This document shows positions 1-8,559 of a stretch of DNA of 64,000 nucleotides, piece by piece; positions within the stretch are counted from its first letter, which is position 1, and every line of letters begins with the position of its first letter. Position numbers and translations under genes: made by a program. The notes beneath the pieces were generated by a model that was not told the origin of the DNA, ran no database searches, and was given only the letters and a program-made list of their open reading frames with translations. Origin of the DNA: Thermoplasmatota archaeon. Its GTDB lineage: Archaea; Thermoplasmatota; Thermoplasmata; UBA10834. Location: NCBI GenBank assembly GCA_040751795.1, contig JBFMHR010000005.1, forward strand, positions 32,001 to 96,000. The letters run 5' to 3'.

Positions 1-2467
1 CAGATGCGTCGGAGCGGTCGGAGTCGATGAATATCCTGATGTAGTCCTCCGCGGTCTTCCTGACGGGCACGACCGTGCCGCCGCCCCCGCTCCCCGAGGG
101 GACCGCGCAGGCCTTGGGGATGTACACGCCGGCGCAGATCTCGTCGTAGACGCTGACGTAGAAGAACGCGTCGCCCCCGGTGCTGTTGGCCCCGACCTCG
201 TCGATGTCGACGTTGGGGTTCTCCACCAGGGAGCCGTCCTGGTCCTTCACCGTCTTGTTGGTCCAGTCGGCGAAGGCGCCGTCTATCGTTATGCCCGCCG
301 GCGGGCCGGCCACGTAGGCGCTCGCCGGTGCGCCCCTTATGATGACGTCCGTGAAGGTCGACGTGATGCCCTCCAGGACGACGCTGGCCGACACGAAGTC
401 CCCGGGCGCCAGCCCGGAGGTGTCCACCCGGACGTCAACCACATGCGCCTCGCCCACCTCGAGGGAGAAGGGCTGTATCTGGCCGGAGACGTCAGCGCCG
501 ACCGTCTCCGGCACGACGGCGCTGACCGTCCCGTCCTCGCCGTCGCATGTGAACCTGAGCCTGAGGAGGTCCGCGTCCGCCGACGCCGGGACTATGCCGT
601 CGTCCGAGACGCCCGGGGCCAGCTCCTGCTGGACCACGAGCAGCCCGCCCGCGAGGGAGACCGGGTAGCTCGCGCTCTTGACGGCCTCCTCGTCCTGGGA
701 GGTGAGCATCGCCTTGGCGGAGACGTTCAGGGCGCTGGGGAGGGACGCCTTCGCCTCGAGGCGGTCCCCGTCCAGGCCGCAGGGCACGTAGCCGGCGGTG
801 GCCCACGAGTTCCAGTCGGCCTGGTCGTCGCCGTCGGGGTCGTACGCCGAGAGCATCGACGACTGGACGGAGTCGTTCCAGCCGAACACCTCGACCATGT
901 AGTCCGCCCCCACGCCGCCGAGCAGATAGCCCGTCTCGGGCGAGGAGTCCTGGTCGATGAACCACACGAACCTCTGGGCGTCCGTCCCGGACATCAGGTC
1001 GCCCGTCCCGTGGACGTAGAAGTAGACGTCGTGCGAGTAGGTAGCGAAGGACCACTCCACCACGTCCGCAGCTACGCCGGTGGTGGTGCTCGTGACGCTG
1101 AACATGGACGCCTCCTCCCAGTCGGCGAAGTCCCCGTCGACCGAGTAGGGCCCGTCGTCGCCCATGTCCGAGATGTGGAGGTAGCTGGGGACGATGATCG
1201 CCACCGCTATGAGGACCGCGATGAACTGCCAGCGCATGTATATCGGGAGCCTGCGCCTCGCGCCCCTGCCGCGGCGCCTGGCGCCGAGGCCGTTGGACGC
1301 GCCCGTGCCGTTCACGAGGTCCTTGCCGTTGACGGCCCCGATCCCGTTGACGAAGTGGACGCCGTTGGTCTGGCCCATGCCGTTGATGGCGCCGCGGCCG
1401 TTGATCGCCCCCCTCCCGTTTATCGCGCCGCGCCCGTTGATGGCCCCTCTCCCGTTTATGGCGCCCCTGCCGTTTATGGCACCCCTTCCGTTGATGGCGC
1501 CTCTGCCGTTGACGGCGCCCCTGGTGCCCGACGGGCCGAGGCCGTTGACCATGTGCACGCCGTTGGTCTGCCCGCGTCCGTTGACCTGCCCCCTGCCGTT
1601 GATGGCGCCGGCTCCGTTGGTCATGCTGACGCCGTTGGACCTCCCGGCGCGGACGGTCGCCGCCCCTGCGGGCATCTGGGTGACCAGGCCGCGCTCGCCC
1701 TCGGCGACGACGGGCTCGGGCGGCTTAGGCGCCCTGAGCGGCTCGCGGGAGGGGAGGGCCTCCTCTTCCTCGGGCTCCTCGTCCTCGAAGGCGACGCCGC
1801 AGAAGGGGCAGTTGGACGCGTCGAACGTCACGACCGCGCCGCAGATGGGGCACGCCGCCTTCTCGGCGTCGTACTCCTCCTCGGCCTCCCCCTCCGCGGG
1901 GGCGAGCTCGGGCTCGGGGGCCGGCGCCTCGGGCTCGGGCGCAGGTGCCTCCTCCTCCGGCTCCTCGGCCTCGAACTCCGCGCCGCAGCCCGGGCACGCG
2001 GTGTCGTAGATCGAGACCACGTGCTGGCACACGGGGCAGAGCGCCTCCTCATCGCCTTCTGCCTGAGGCTCCGGGGGGGCCTCCGGGGGAGGCTGCCGCT
2101 CACCCTCGACGGGCTCGGCGGGTACGTCTCTGGGGGCCGCCGTCTGGGCGGTGATTGGTGCAGAATCAGGCTCCGATGGACGTTTCTTGACCTGCCCGTC
2201 CGTCTTCAGGTCCTCGATCTCCTCGACGATCTTGTCGAGGGCCTTCTGCCACAGCTGCTCCTCGGCGTTCTCCACGAAGTTGTCGAAGCCGATCTGGCAG
2301 GAGGGACAGGCCTCAAGGAAGGGGGAGACGGGGGTGCTGCAGAAGGGGCACTCGAGCTTGATGTCCGGCCCGAACTTGAGCTTGCATCTAGGGCATTCGC
2401 TCTCCAACCCTGAAACCCTGAGGCTGCAGCCTGGGCAAGAGAATATCCTGGGCCTTATGCGGTTCAT
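1..2467 (-). CDS. Large membrane-anchored protein (3' end runs off the window): N-terminal zinc ribbons, acidic/Pro linker, NG hexapeptide repeats, one TM helix, extracellular CBM9/DOMON-like repeats
   Basis: Translated by hand; not in the ORF track because it has no stop in the window. ATG at 2467 follows a GGAG SD. MNRIRPRIFSCPGC...CPRC...CPFC...CPSC, then further CPVC/CPGC/CPIC/CPFC pairs, (GAINGR)n, RRRLPIYMRWQFIAVLIAVAIIVPSYL, and two DGxFADW...FIDxD units. Frame stays open to base 2. Confidence 0.85.
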   Translation of the reverse strand, partial: MNRIRPRIFSCPGCSLRVSGLESECPRCKLKFGPDIKLECPFCSTPVSPFLEACPSCQIGFDNFVENAEEQLWQKALDKIVEEIEDLKTDGQVKKRPSEPDSAPITAQTAAPRDVPAEPVEGERQPPPEAPPEPQAEGDEEALCPVCQHVVSIYDTACPGCGAEFEAEEPEEEAPAPEPEAPAPEPELAPAEGEAEEEYDAEKAACPICGAVVTFDASNCPFCGVAFEDEEPEEEEALPSREPLRAPKPPEPVVAEGERGLVTQMPAGAATVRAGRSNGVSMTNGAGAINGRGQVNGRGQTNGVHMVNGLGPSGTRGAVNGRGAINGRGAINGRGAINGRGAINGRGAINGRGAINGRGAINGMGQTNGVHFVNGIGAVNGKDLVNGTGASNGLGARRRGRGARRRLPIYMRWQFIAVLIAVAIIVPSYLHISDMGDDGPYSVDGDFADWEEASMFSVTSTTTGVAADVVEWSFATYSHDVYFYVHGTGDLMSGTDAQRFVWFIDQDSSPETGYLLGGVGADYMVEVFGWNDSVQSSMLSAYDPDGDDQADWNSWATAGYVPCGLDGDRLEAKASLPSALNVSAKAMLTSQDEEAVKSASYPVSLAGGLLVVQQELAPGVSDDGIVPASADADLLRLRFTCDGEDGTVSAVVPETVGADVSGQIQPFSLEVGEAHVVDVRVDTSGLAPGDFVSASVVLEGITSTFTDVIIRGAPASAYVAGPPAGITIDGAFADWTNKTVKDQDGSLVENPNVDIDEVGANSTGGDAFFYVSVYDEICAGVYIPKACAVPSGSGGGGTVVPVRKTAEDYIRIFIDSDRSDAS
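1288..1640 (-). repeat. 18-nt-period coding tandem repeat (xxNGxx hexapeptide, core GAINGR)
   Basis: ccgtt (Asn-Gly on the minus strand) recurs every 18 nt from 1290 to 1632, at 19 of 20 positions. Synonymous codons vary between units. Confidence 0.9.
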
Positions 2468-2628
2468 CGTCTCCTGCGTCCGTGGTTATCTCTGGGGTGA
2501 GCGCGTGTGCTCACTTGGGGGGATACTGGTCAGTAGTGTCTCCTTTGTCCCATCCGTATGCTAAACGGCGCAAAGGGTATTATTCCTTTGCCGTTGTTCT
2601 CGCCCATGATAACGAAACTGGGGATAAA

Positions 2629-2736
2629 ATGGCTGGCTTCTACATCGGCGACCCGCTCGGATACCTCGGGCTCGCGATAGTCCTCTTCCTGATAGTGTAC
2701 CTCCTGCTGAGGATCCTGACGCACAGGCACGGATGA
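2629..2736 (+). CDS. Small 35-aa single-TM membrane peptide
   Basis: MAGFYIGDPLGYLGLAIVLFLIVYLLLRILTHRHG; host-like codon usage; hydrophobic helix followed by a basic tail; AT-rich upstream region. Confidence 0.6.
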   Translation: MAGFYIGDPLGYLGLAIVLFLIVYLLLRILTHRHG

Positions 2737-2780
2737 GCCCGCTCACCTCCAGGAGGTCATCTCCTCCGCCCCGCCAAAGG

Positions 2781-2788
2781 ATATTATA
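2781..2788 (+). promoter_or_regulatory. TATA box of the tRNA-Arg gene
   Basis: ATATTATA preceded by purine-rich CCAAAGG, about 25 nt upstream of the tRNA 5' end. Confidence 0.6.
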
Positions 2789-2811
2789 CGCCAGCCCAAT
2801 CCCTGTACAAC

Positions 2812-2888
2812 GGGCCCGTGGGGTAGCTAGGATATCCTTCTGGCCTTCGAAGCCGGAAACGTGGGTTCAAATCCCACCGGGCCCGCCA
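2812..2888 (+). tRNA. tRNA-Arg (anticodon TCG), intron-less, CCA encoded
   Basis: Acceptor stem GGGCCCG/CGGGCCC; anticodon arm CTGGC-CTTCGAA-GCCGG; T arm GTGGG-TTCAAAT-CCCAC; discriminator G followed by CCA. Confidence 0.95.
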
Positions 2889-2955
2889 TCCGTCCGCTCC
2901 TCACCATACACAAGCTAGATGAACCACCCTCGGCATCCGGCCTTCGGAGCTGCAC

Positions 2956-3489
2956 ATGCTGAAGGGCCGCAATGTCAACCTGGAGATCGCCGAGAAGGGC
3001 GACCTCGCGACGCTCAAGGAGTGGATGAACGACGTCGAGTTCATGGGCGACTTCGAGTCCTTCGACCAGTCCTCCCTCGGGGACATGGAGAAGCAGTACG
3101 AACAGAAGGGCGACTCGCAGTGGTTCTTCGTCCAGAAGAAGGACGGCACCAGGATCGGGTACATAGCCCACTTCAGGTCCAAGGGCTGCATCGCGATAGG
3201 ATACCTGTTCGTCAAGGGCGAGAGGGGCAAGGGGTACGGCACGGAGGCCGTCCAGGTCATGGTGGACTACCTCTTCCTCCACAAGGACACGGTCCGGGTG
3301 CAGGCGGAGATCCACCCTGACAACGTCGCGTCGCGGCGCGTCCTCGAGAAGGCGGGGTTCCAGTTCGAGGGGCGCATCCGGAAGTCGTTCTTCAGCCGCG
3401 GCGTCTACAGGGACACGGCCTTGTACAGCATCCTGCGCGAGGAGTGGAAGGCGCCCAAGGTGCTCCCCCTGGGGCACGTCGGCACCTGA
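2956..3489 (+). CDS. GNAT N-acetyltransferase, RimJ/RimL family
   Basis: RGKGYGTEA acetyl-CoA motif; NVASRRVLEKAGFQFEG; YSILREEW C-terminus. Confidence 0.9.
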   Translation: MLKGRNVNLEIAEKGDLATLKEWMNDVEFMGDFESFDQSSLGDMEKQYEQKGDSQWFFVQKKDGTRIGYIAHFRSKGCIAIGYLFVKGERGKGYGTEAVQVMVDYLFLHKDTVRVQAEIHPDNVASRRVLEKAGFQFEGRIRKSFFSRGVYRDTALYSILREEWKAPKVLPLGHVGT

Positions 3490-3553
3490 ACGCCTGAGAT
3501 GTCACCGTGGCCTTTATGAAGCGACGGGATGGTTCATAACCCGGAATTGGCTG

Positions 3554-4654
3554 GTGGATTCATTGGATTATGCCTACTGGATAGTCCTGTCGTCCGTGCC
3601 CATGGTAGCATGGCTCGTGCTGTATGCGCTCGTCTCCGTCCGTTCGAGGAAGGGGGACATCGAGATGCGCGTGAACCGGTTCGCCATCACCGGCGCCTTC
3701 CTCGCGCTGGTCTCGTTCGCCACCGGATGGTCCGCGATCGAGTCCGGCTATGACTGGTCGGCGACGACCCAGATGGTGTTCTTCCTGCTCCTCACCTATC
3801 CTGTCGCGATCATCACCCCGTTGGCCGGGGTGGGGCAGGCGGGCGTCCTGCTGTGGGTGCTCGCATGGGTGCAGGAGCAGGACGCGGCCATCGGGATGTG
3901 GCCAGGATACGTGCTGGCGTGGATCTCAACGGCGTTCATGGTCGCGGGGATGGTCTGGCCATCCGGGATGTCCAGGGAGCGCGCAAGGCAGGACCTGAGC
4001 GACCGGCTCCTCACCATGACTGTCAGGAGGCCGTCCGGGCAGTGGATGCCCGGGAACCGCGCCCTGGCCTATGTGCTGTCGGTGGTGATCATCGCCGCTG
4101 CCGGCCTCTCACTCGTCTTCGGACGCGGCCTCGACGCCCCCCTCCTTCTGGTCGTCTGCCTTGCCTTCGTGCTGTACCTCCTCAGGGTGAACCCTCTCGC
4201 TGGGGTCCTTGCAGGGAGCCTACCCCGCGTCGCATCCGCGCCGCCACGTACCACGGGAGGGTCGCCCATGGCGTGGGTGGCCTTCCTGGGGGCTTCCTTC
4301 GCGGCCGCGGTCGTCGTCATCGGCGTCGCAGCCTCCTCGTTCGGCTCGTCCGGCCTGTCCGGAGAGGAGAGGACGTCGGTGCTCGTCTGGGGCGGGGCGC
4401 TGCTCGCCATCCTGGCGCCCTCGGCGGTCATCGCGTACCGCCGGGCCGCCGAGCCGTCGCTGCCAAGGAGCGCGGTGACCGCCACCGTGGTCATCTTCTC
4501 CGTCCTCATGCTCATGTCTGCGGTCTCACTCTACAGCTCCCTTGTCCTATTCATGTCCGCGACGGAGCTGCTGTTCCTGGCAGGCCTGGTGCTGGTGGGC
4601 ATACCGGTGCTGTTCCTCCAGGGGACCGGTGCCCGGGGAGAGGCGGCCGGCTGA
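3554..4654 (+). CDS. Polytopic membrane protein, unknown function
   Basis: 366-aa ORF with roughly 10-11 hydrophobic segments; no recognisable motif. Confidence 0.7.
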   Translation: MDSLDYAYWIVLSSVPMVAWLVLYALVSVRSRKGDIEMRVNRFAITGAFLALVSFATGWSAIESGYDWSATTQMVFFLLLTYPVAIITPLAGVGQAGVLLWVLAWVQEQDAAIGMWPGYVLAWISTAFMVAGMVWPSGMSRERARQDLSDRLLTMTVRRPSGQWMPGNRALAYVLSVVIIAAAGLSLVFGRGLDAPLLLVVCLAFVLYLLRVNPLAGVLAGSLPRVASAPPRTTGGSPMAWVAFLGASFAAAVVVIGVAASSFGSSGLSGEERTSVLVWGGALLAILAPSAVIAYRRAAEPSLPRSAVTATVVIFSVLMLMSAVSLYSSLVLFMSATELLFLAGLVLVGIPVLFLQGTGARGEAAG

Positions 4655-4755
4655 GGCCCAGGCCCCCGGTGGGAGAGCGCGGGCCATCCGCCCGCGGCGA
4701 GATGATAGAAAGAGTGCAGGGGAGGGCGGCCCCTCCCCCTGTCGGGTTTCGCGCC

Positions 4756-5928
4756 TTAGTTGTAGTCCGCGAGGAAGTCGTACCAGCCGGTGTCGACGGC
4801 GAAGTCGAGGCCCGCGTAGACGTAGGACCACGACGACCAGTCCCAGTCCGAGCCCCACCAGATGGAGATGCCCCCGCACATGGTGGTGCTCCCGGCGTTG
4901 TCGAGGCAGATCACCATGCCGTCGACCGCCGCGATCACCGCCTGGCACAGCGCCCTGAGCTCGGGGTCGGTTATCTTGGAGCTCGCCAGCAGCTTGCTGC
5001 AGAGGTCGGACATGTCCACCTGGGACTTCGTGTAGAACACCGAGTAGGTGTCCCTCACCGCGGCCTTGTAGGCCCTGTAGTACGCGCCGAGGTTGGCGTG
5101 TATCTCGTCGCACCACGCGTCTATCGTCGCCATGGACTGGGACAGGGTCCCGAGCTTGATGGCGCTTAGCGTCGCGTAGTAGTATTCGGTCCTCGGGTCG
5201 TAGTACTGGGCCCACCCGGCTATCATGTCGTTCGCGACCTGGTCCGGAGTCCTCGCCGGGTCCAAGGCGACGGGCGTGAACATGAAGTCGTACGGGAAGC
5301 CGTCGCCCGCGACGGTCTCCACCGAGGCGACCAGGATGTCCACGAGCCCGGTCTCGGACACCGCGTACGCCGTCTCGACGCTCGCCATCGAGCACGCGTC
5401 GCACGAGAGGATGTCGATGTACGCGCCGGCGCCGACTATGGCCGCCTTCAGCTCGTCCAGGTACATCCAGTCGTCCGAGGTGTCGTCCCCGCAGAAGCCG
5501 TTCCAGGCGCTCCCGTGGTCCCAGAGGTCCACGAGCAGGTTCTCTGACGGGTACCGCAAGGTCGTCTGCTCGATCACCCACTGCAGCGTCGCCCCGTCCC
5601 CGAAGTTCATCTCAGGGAAGGTCTCGACGATCTGCGCGTCGCCCCCTTCGACAACCCACAGCTCCGTCCCCGGGTACTCCAGCCGGTCGACGAAGGCGAC
5701 TATGTTCACCCCGGCGCTCGCCGGGATGTTCTGCAGGTAGAGGAGGCTGAGCCCCTCCCAGTATGTGTCGAAGTTGTTGTCCGCGTCTATGTACAGGCTG
5801 ATTGTCCAGGGGGCGACACCCTCCGCCGAGGCCCTCCCTGTCAGCCCTCCCGCCATGAAGACGGCGGGGAGGACGAGACAGAGGGAGACGACGGCGCAGG
5901 CTGATGCCCCGCGTAGTCCCCTATTCAT
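4756..5928 (-). CDS. Secreted clostripain-family (C11) cysteine peptidase
   Basis: Signal peptide; WTISLYIDADNN; EMNFGD; catalytic DHG (WDHGSAW) and DAC (SCDACSMA). Confidence 0.9.
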   Translation of the reverse strand: MNRGLRGASACAVVSLCLVLPAVFMAGGLTGRASAEGVAPWTISLYIDADNNFDTYWEGLSLLYLQNIPASAGVNIVAFVDRLEYPGTELWVVEGGDAQIVETFPEMNFGDGATLQWVIEQTTLRYPSENLLVDLWDHGSAWNGFCGDDTSDDWMYLDELKAAIVGAGAYIDILSCDACSMASVETAYAVSETGLVDILVASVETVAGDGFPYDFMFTPVALDPARTPDQVANDMIAGWAQYYDPRTEYYYATLSAIKLGTLSQSMATIDAWCDEIHANLGAYYRAYKAAVRDTYSVFYTKSQVDMSDLCSKLLASSKITDPELRALCQAVIAAVDGMVICLDNAGSTTMCGGISIWWGSDWDWSSWSYVYAGLDFAVDTGWYDFLADYN

Positions 5929-6017
5929 GTAGTTCCCCCACTCTGCACGGCCGAAGCGGCCGTGCCAGGCGCCGCATGCCCGTCCGACGTCTTAAATGAA
6001 TCCATCCGTGCGGGCGG

Positions 6018-6776
6018 TCAGGCCAGCTCCGTCTCCCGGAAGAGGTACGCCCCGAGAAGGACGAAGCACGCCGCGAGGGCCAGAAGCACGAGCGCCGACG
6101 CCCCGGGGTCCGTCGCCTCGGCGAAGGCGCCCATGGAGCCGTAGTCCGCCCAGCCCGAGCCGACGCTCCTCAGGTAGTGCTTCACGGAGACCTTCTGGAT
6201 CGCCCCGGGGAGGGAGCCGATGAACCCCTCCCATATGAACGCGTAGAAGAGGCCGAAGTACACGGGCCTCTTGATCAGCACGCTCACCGCCAGGAACAGG
6301 GCGGAGTAGACGAACGAGCCCACGACGACCAGGGCGGTGAACTCCCCCCAGGCCTCGAGCGCCTCCCCGCCGAGGTCGACCTGGGCGAAGTAGGCGAGGA
6401 AGCCCGCCGCGTTGACGGCGACCATCGAGATAGAGACTGTGAGCGCGAGGGGGATGTAGTACCCGACGTACGAGAACGCCCTGTCCAGGGGCGCGGTCGC
6501 GACGTGTGTGATGCTCCTGTCGTCGATCTCGTCCCGGATGAGCGAGGTCCCGTAGATCATCGCCATCACGGGCATGAAGAAGAAGAGTATGAGCACGTCC
6601 AGGAGGTCCGTGCCGTCCGCAATGGCCGCGCCTTCCTGCGAGCCGGCGTACCCCATGACCGCGGCCACGAAGGCCGCCACGAGGATGCTGATCAGGACCT
6701 TCCTGCTGAGCACCAGCTTCTTCATGAAGTGCCGGGTGATGGCCACGATGCCAGTGAGAGCGTCCCTGAGGTCCAT
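6018..6776 (-). CDS. ABC-2 type transporter permease
   Basis: C-terminal part of track ORF 6018..7673 from MDLRDALT; about 6 TM; IRDEIDDRSI motif; coupled to the upstream ATPase. Confidence 0.85.
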   Translation of the reverse strand: MDLRDALTGIVAITRHFMKKLVLSRKVLISILVAAFVAAVMGYAGSQEGAAIADGTDLLDVLILFFFMPVMAMIYGTSLIRDEIDDRSITHVATAPLDRAFSYVGYYIPLALTVSISMVAVNAAGFLAYFAQVDLGGEALEAWGEFTALVVVGSFVYSALFLAVSVLIKRPVYFGLFYAFIWEGFIGSLPGAIQKVSVKHYLRSVGSGWADYGSMGAFAEATDPGASALVLLALAACFVLLGAYLFRETELA

Positions 6777-6778
6777 GT

Positions 6779-7696
6779 TCACCGCCCCACCAGGTACCTG
6801 AATATGGCCTCCAGGTTGTCGTCCAGGCTGTACATCTTGGTCACCGAGCACCCCGTCCCCTCGACCAGCGCGGGCAGCCTCGTGAAGAAGTCGTCCGGCC
6901 TGGAGACCTGCACCGTTATGCCCCTGCGGTCCTGGTTGTACGCCACGGAGACGGTGAACCCCTCGTCCAGGAGCGCCTTGGCGAGCGCGTCCACCCCGTC
7001 GCCCTCGATGACAATGTTGTGCGGGTGCTTGTCTATCAGGTCCCTTATCTCCGATATGTCGCCGGTCGCCACCGCCCTGCCCTTGTAGATGAGCACCACG
7101 TTGTGGGTCATCCTCTCGATCTCGAAGAGGACGTGCGACGAGACGATGACGTCGTGCCCGCTCTCCCTGTGGAGCCTCCCGACCAGGTCTATGAGCTCCC
7201 TGCGGACGAGCGGGTCGGTCCCGCTCAGGGGCTCGTCCAGGATCAGCAGGTCCGGGTCGTGGAGGAGCGCCCCGGCGATCTTCATCCTCTGCTTCATGCC
7301 CTTGCTGTAGCCGCCGATCCTCCGGTCCATGGCCTTCTCCATCTCGACGAGGCGGGCGACCTCGGAGATGCGGGCGGAGAGCCTGTCGCCGTTGATTGCA
7401 TGGAGCCCGCCGAGGAGCGAGAGGTACTCGCGCCCGGTGGCCTCGTCCGGGAGGCTCTCGTAGTCCGGGCAGAAGCCGATCGACCGGTGCAGCCCGGGGT
7501 TCTTCCAGGGCGTCTGTCCCAGCACCCTTATCTTCCCGGTGCTCGGCGTGATGAGGCCGAGGGCGAGCTTGAACAGGGTGCTCTTCCCGGCCCCGTTGGG
7601 GCCGACTATCCCGGTGATGCCCTTCCGCACCTCCAGGGTGAAGTTGTTGAGGCCGATGACCTCCCCGTACCACTTGCTGAGGCCGTACGCCTCCAT
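6779..7696 (-). CDS. ABC transporter ATP-binding protein
   Basis: Walker A GPNGAGKST; signature YSKGMKQR; Walker B LLILDEP; SSH switch. Start is uncertain. Confidence 0.92.
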   Translation of the reverse strand: MEAYGLSKWYGEVIGLNNFTLEVRKGITGIVGPNGAGKSTLFKLALGLITPSTGKIRVLGQTPWKNPGLHRSIGFCPDYESLPDEATGREYLSLLGGLHAINGDRLSARISEVARLVEMEKAMDRRIGGYSKGMKQRMKIAGALLHDPDLLILDEPLSGTDPLVRRELIDLVGRLHRESGHDVIVSSHVLFEIERMTHNVVLIYKGRAVATGDISEIRDLIDKHPHNIVIEGDGVDALAKALLDEGFTVSVAYNQDRRGITVQVSRPDDFFTRLPALVEGTGCSVTKMYSLDDNLEAIFRYLVGR

Positions 7697-7725
7697 CACG
7701 AGGCCGGATCCGCCGGGTGCCGCCT

Positions 7726-8559
7726 CTATCCTCCCACCACCTGTCTCTTGAGCTTGAGGTAGACCACGACCGCAGGGACGCACACGAACGCCGTCATGAA
7801 GACCGCGAGGGCCGGCCAGTCCACGTAGTCAGGGGTCTCGACGCCGAAGATCCAGCCCGAGGCGAACGAGAGGGCGTCGGCGGGGCTGATGACCCTCCAT
7901 GCGGGGTCGAACTCTGCGAATATCTCCGCGACTATCAGCAGCACGAAGAACGACATGAAGGTCCCCACGGCGGCGTAGCTCTTCCTCTTGGTGAATGAGG
8001 ACATCATCAGCCCGTAGGGCACGAAGAAGACCGTCATGACCGCGCCCGCGGCGACCGTCCTGGCGAGCACGCCCGCGCTGCCAGCGTAGTCGTCCCCGGA
8101 CTGGGTGGCGACCGCTGCGACGGCGACGGCCACTGGAGGGAGGAGGCACATGATGCTCATCACCAGCAGCGACGCGGCCCCCTTCCCGACGAGGTAGTCC
8201 CTGACCTTGACCGCCCTGGAGAAGTAGAGCACGAACGAGCGGCCGGCGAGGTCCTCGGATATCAGGTCGGAGGTGACCACGGCCGCGAGCAGTATCGCGA
8301 ATATCGAGAGCGTGTTGCCCGAGCCCATGTAGTCGAACATGGTCTGGGCATCGAGCCCCTCGTGCGGGGCGATGACGGTGAATATGAGCTGGAACGCGTG
8401 CAGGAAGAGGAACCCGAGGGCCAGTATCACCAGGACGCCGATGGCCTTCATCTTGTGCCGGAAGACGCTCCTCGCGATGACGTACATCCTCCTGTCCTGG
8501 GCGCTCCTCTCGCCCTTCCAGGCGCTGTACTCGATGGGGTTAATCCCCACTCGGCCCAC
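7726..8559 (-). CDS. ABC-2 type transporter permease
   Basis: About 6 TM; ISEDL...LYFSRAV...YLVGK motif; lies between two ABC ATPases. Confidence 0.85.
   Translation of the reverse strand: MGRVGINPIEYSAWKGERSAQDRRMYVIARSVFRHKMKAIGVLVILALGFLFLHAFQLIFTVIAPHEGLDAQTMFDYMGSGNTLSIFAILLAAVVTSDLISEDLAGRSFVLYFSRAVKVRDYLVGKGAASLLVMSIMCLLPPVAVAVAAVATQSGDDYAGSAGVLARTVAAGAVMTVFFVPYGLMMSSFTKRKSYAAVGTFMSFFVLLIVAEIFAEFDPAWRVISPADALSFASGWIFGVETPDYVDWPALAVFMTAFVCVPAVVVYLKLKRQVVGG

Noticed and set aside
1288-1640. Periodic repeat as a possible CRISPR array
   Set aside because: Contiguous 18-nt units with no spacers, variation at third codon positions, in frame within a CDS; no cas genes.
443-2413. 656-aa and 271-aa plus-strand ORFs with repeats (APLPFM..., AVDG...)
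   Set aside because: Antisense shadows of the minus-strand zinc-ribbon/NG-repeat gene, which has the SD, motifs and codon bias.
2812-4700. tRNA-Arg as the integration site of a mobile element
   Set aside because: No integrase, and I saw no duplicated tRNA 3' end in the window; the downstream GNAT has host-like codon usage.
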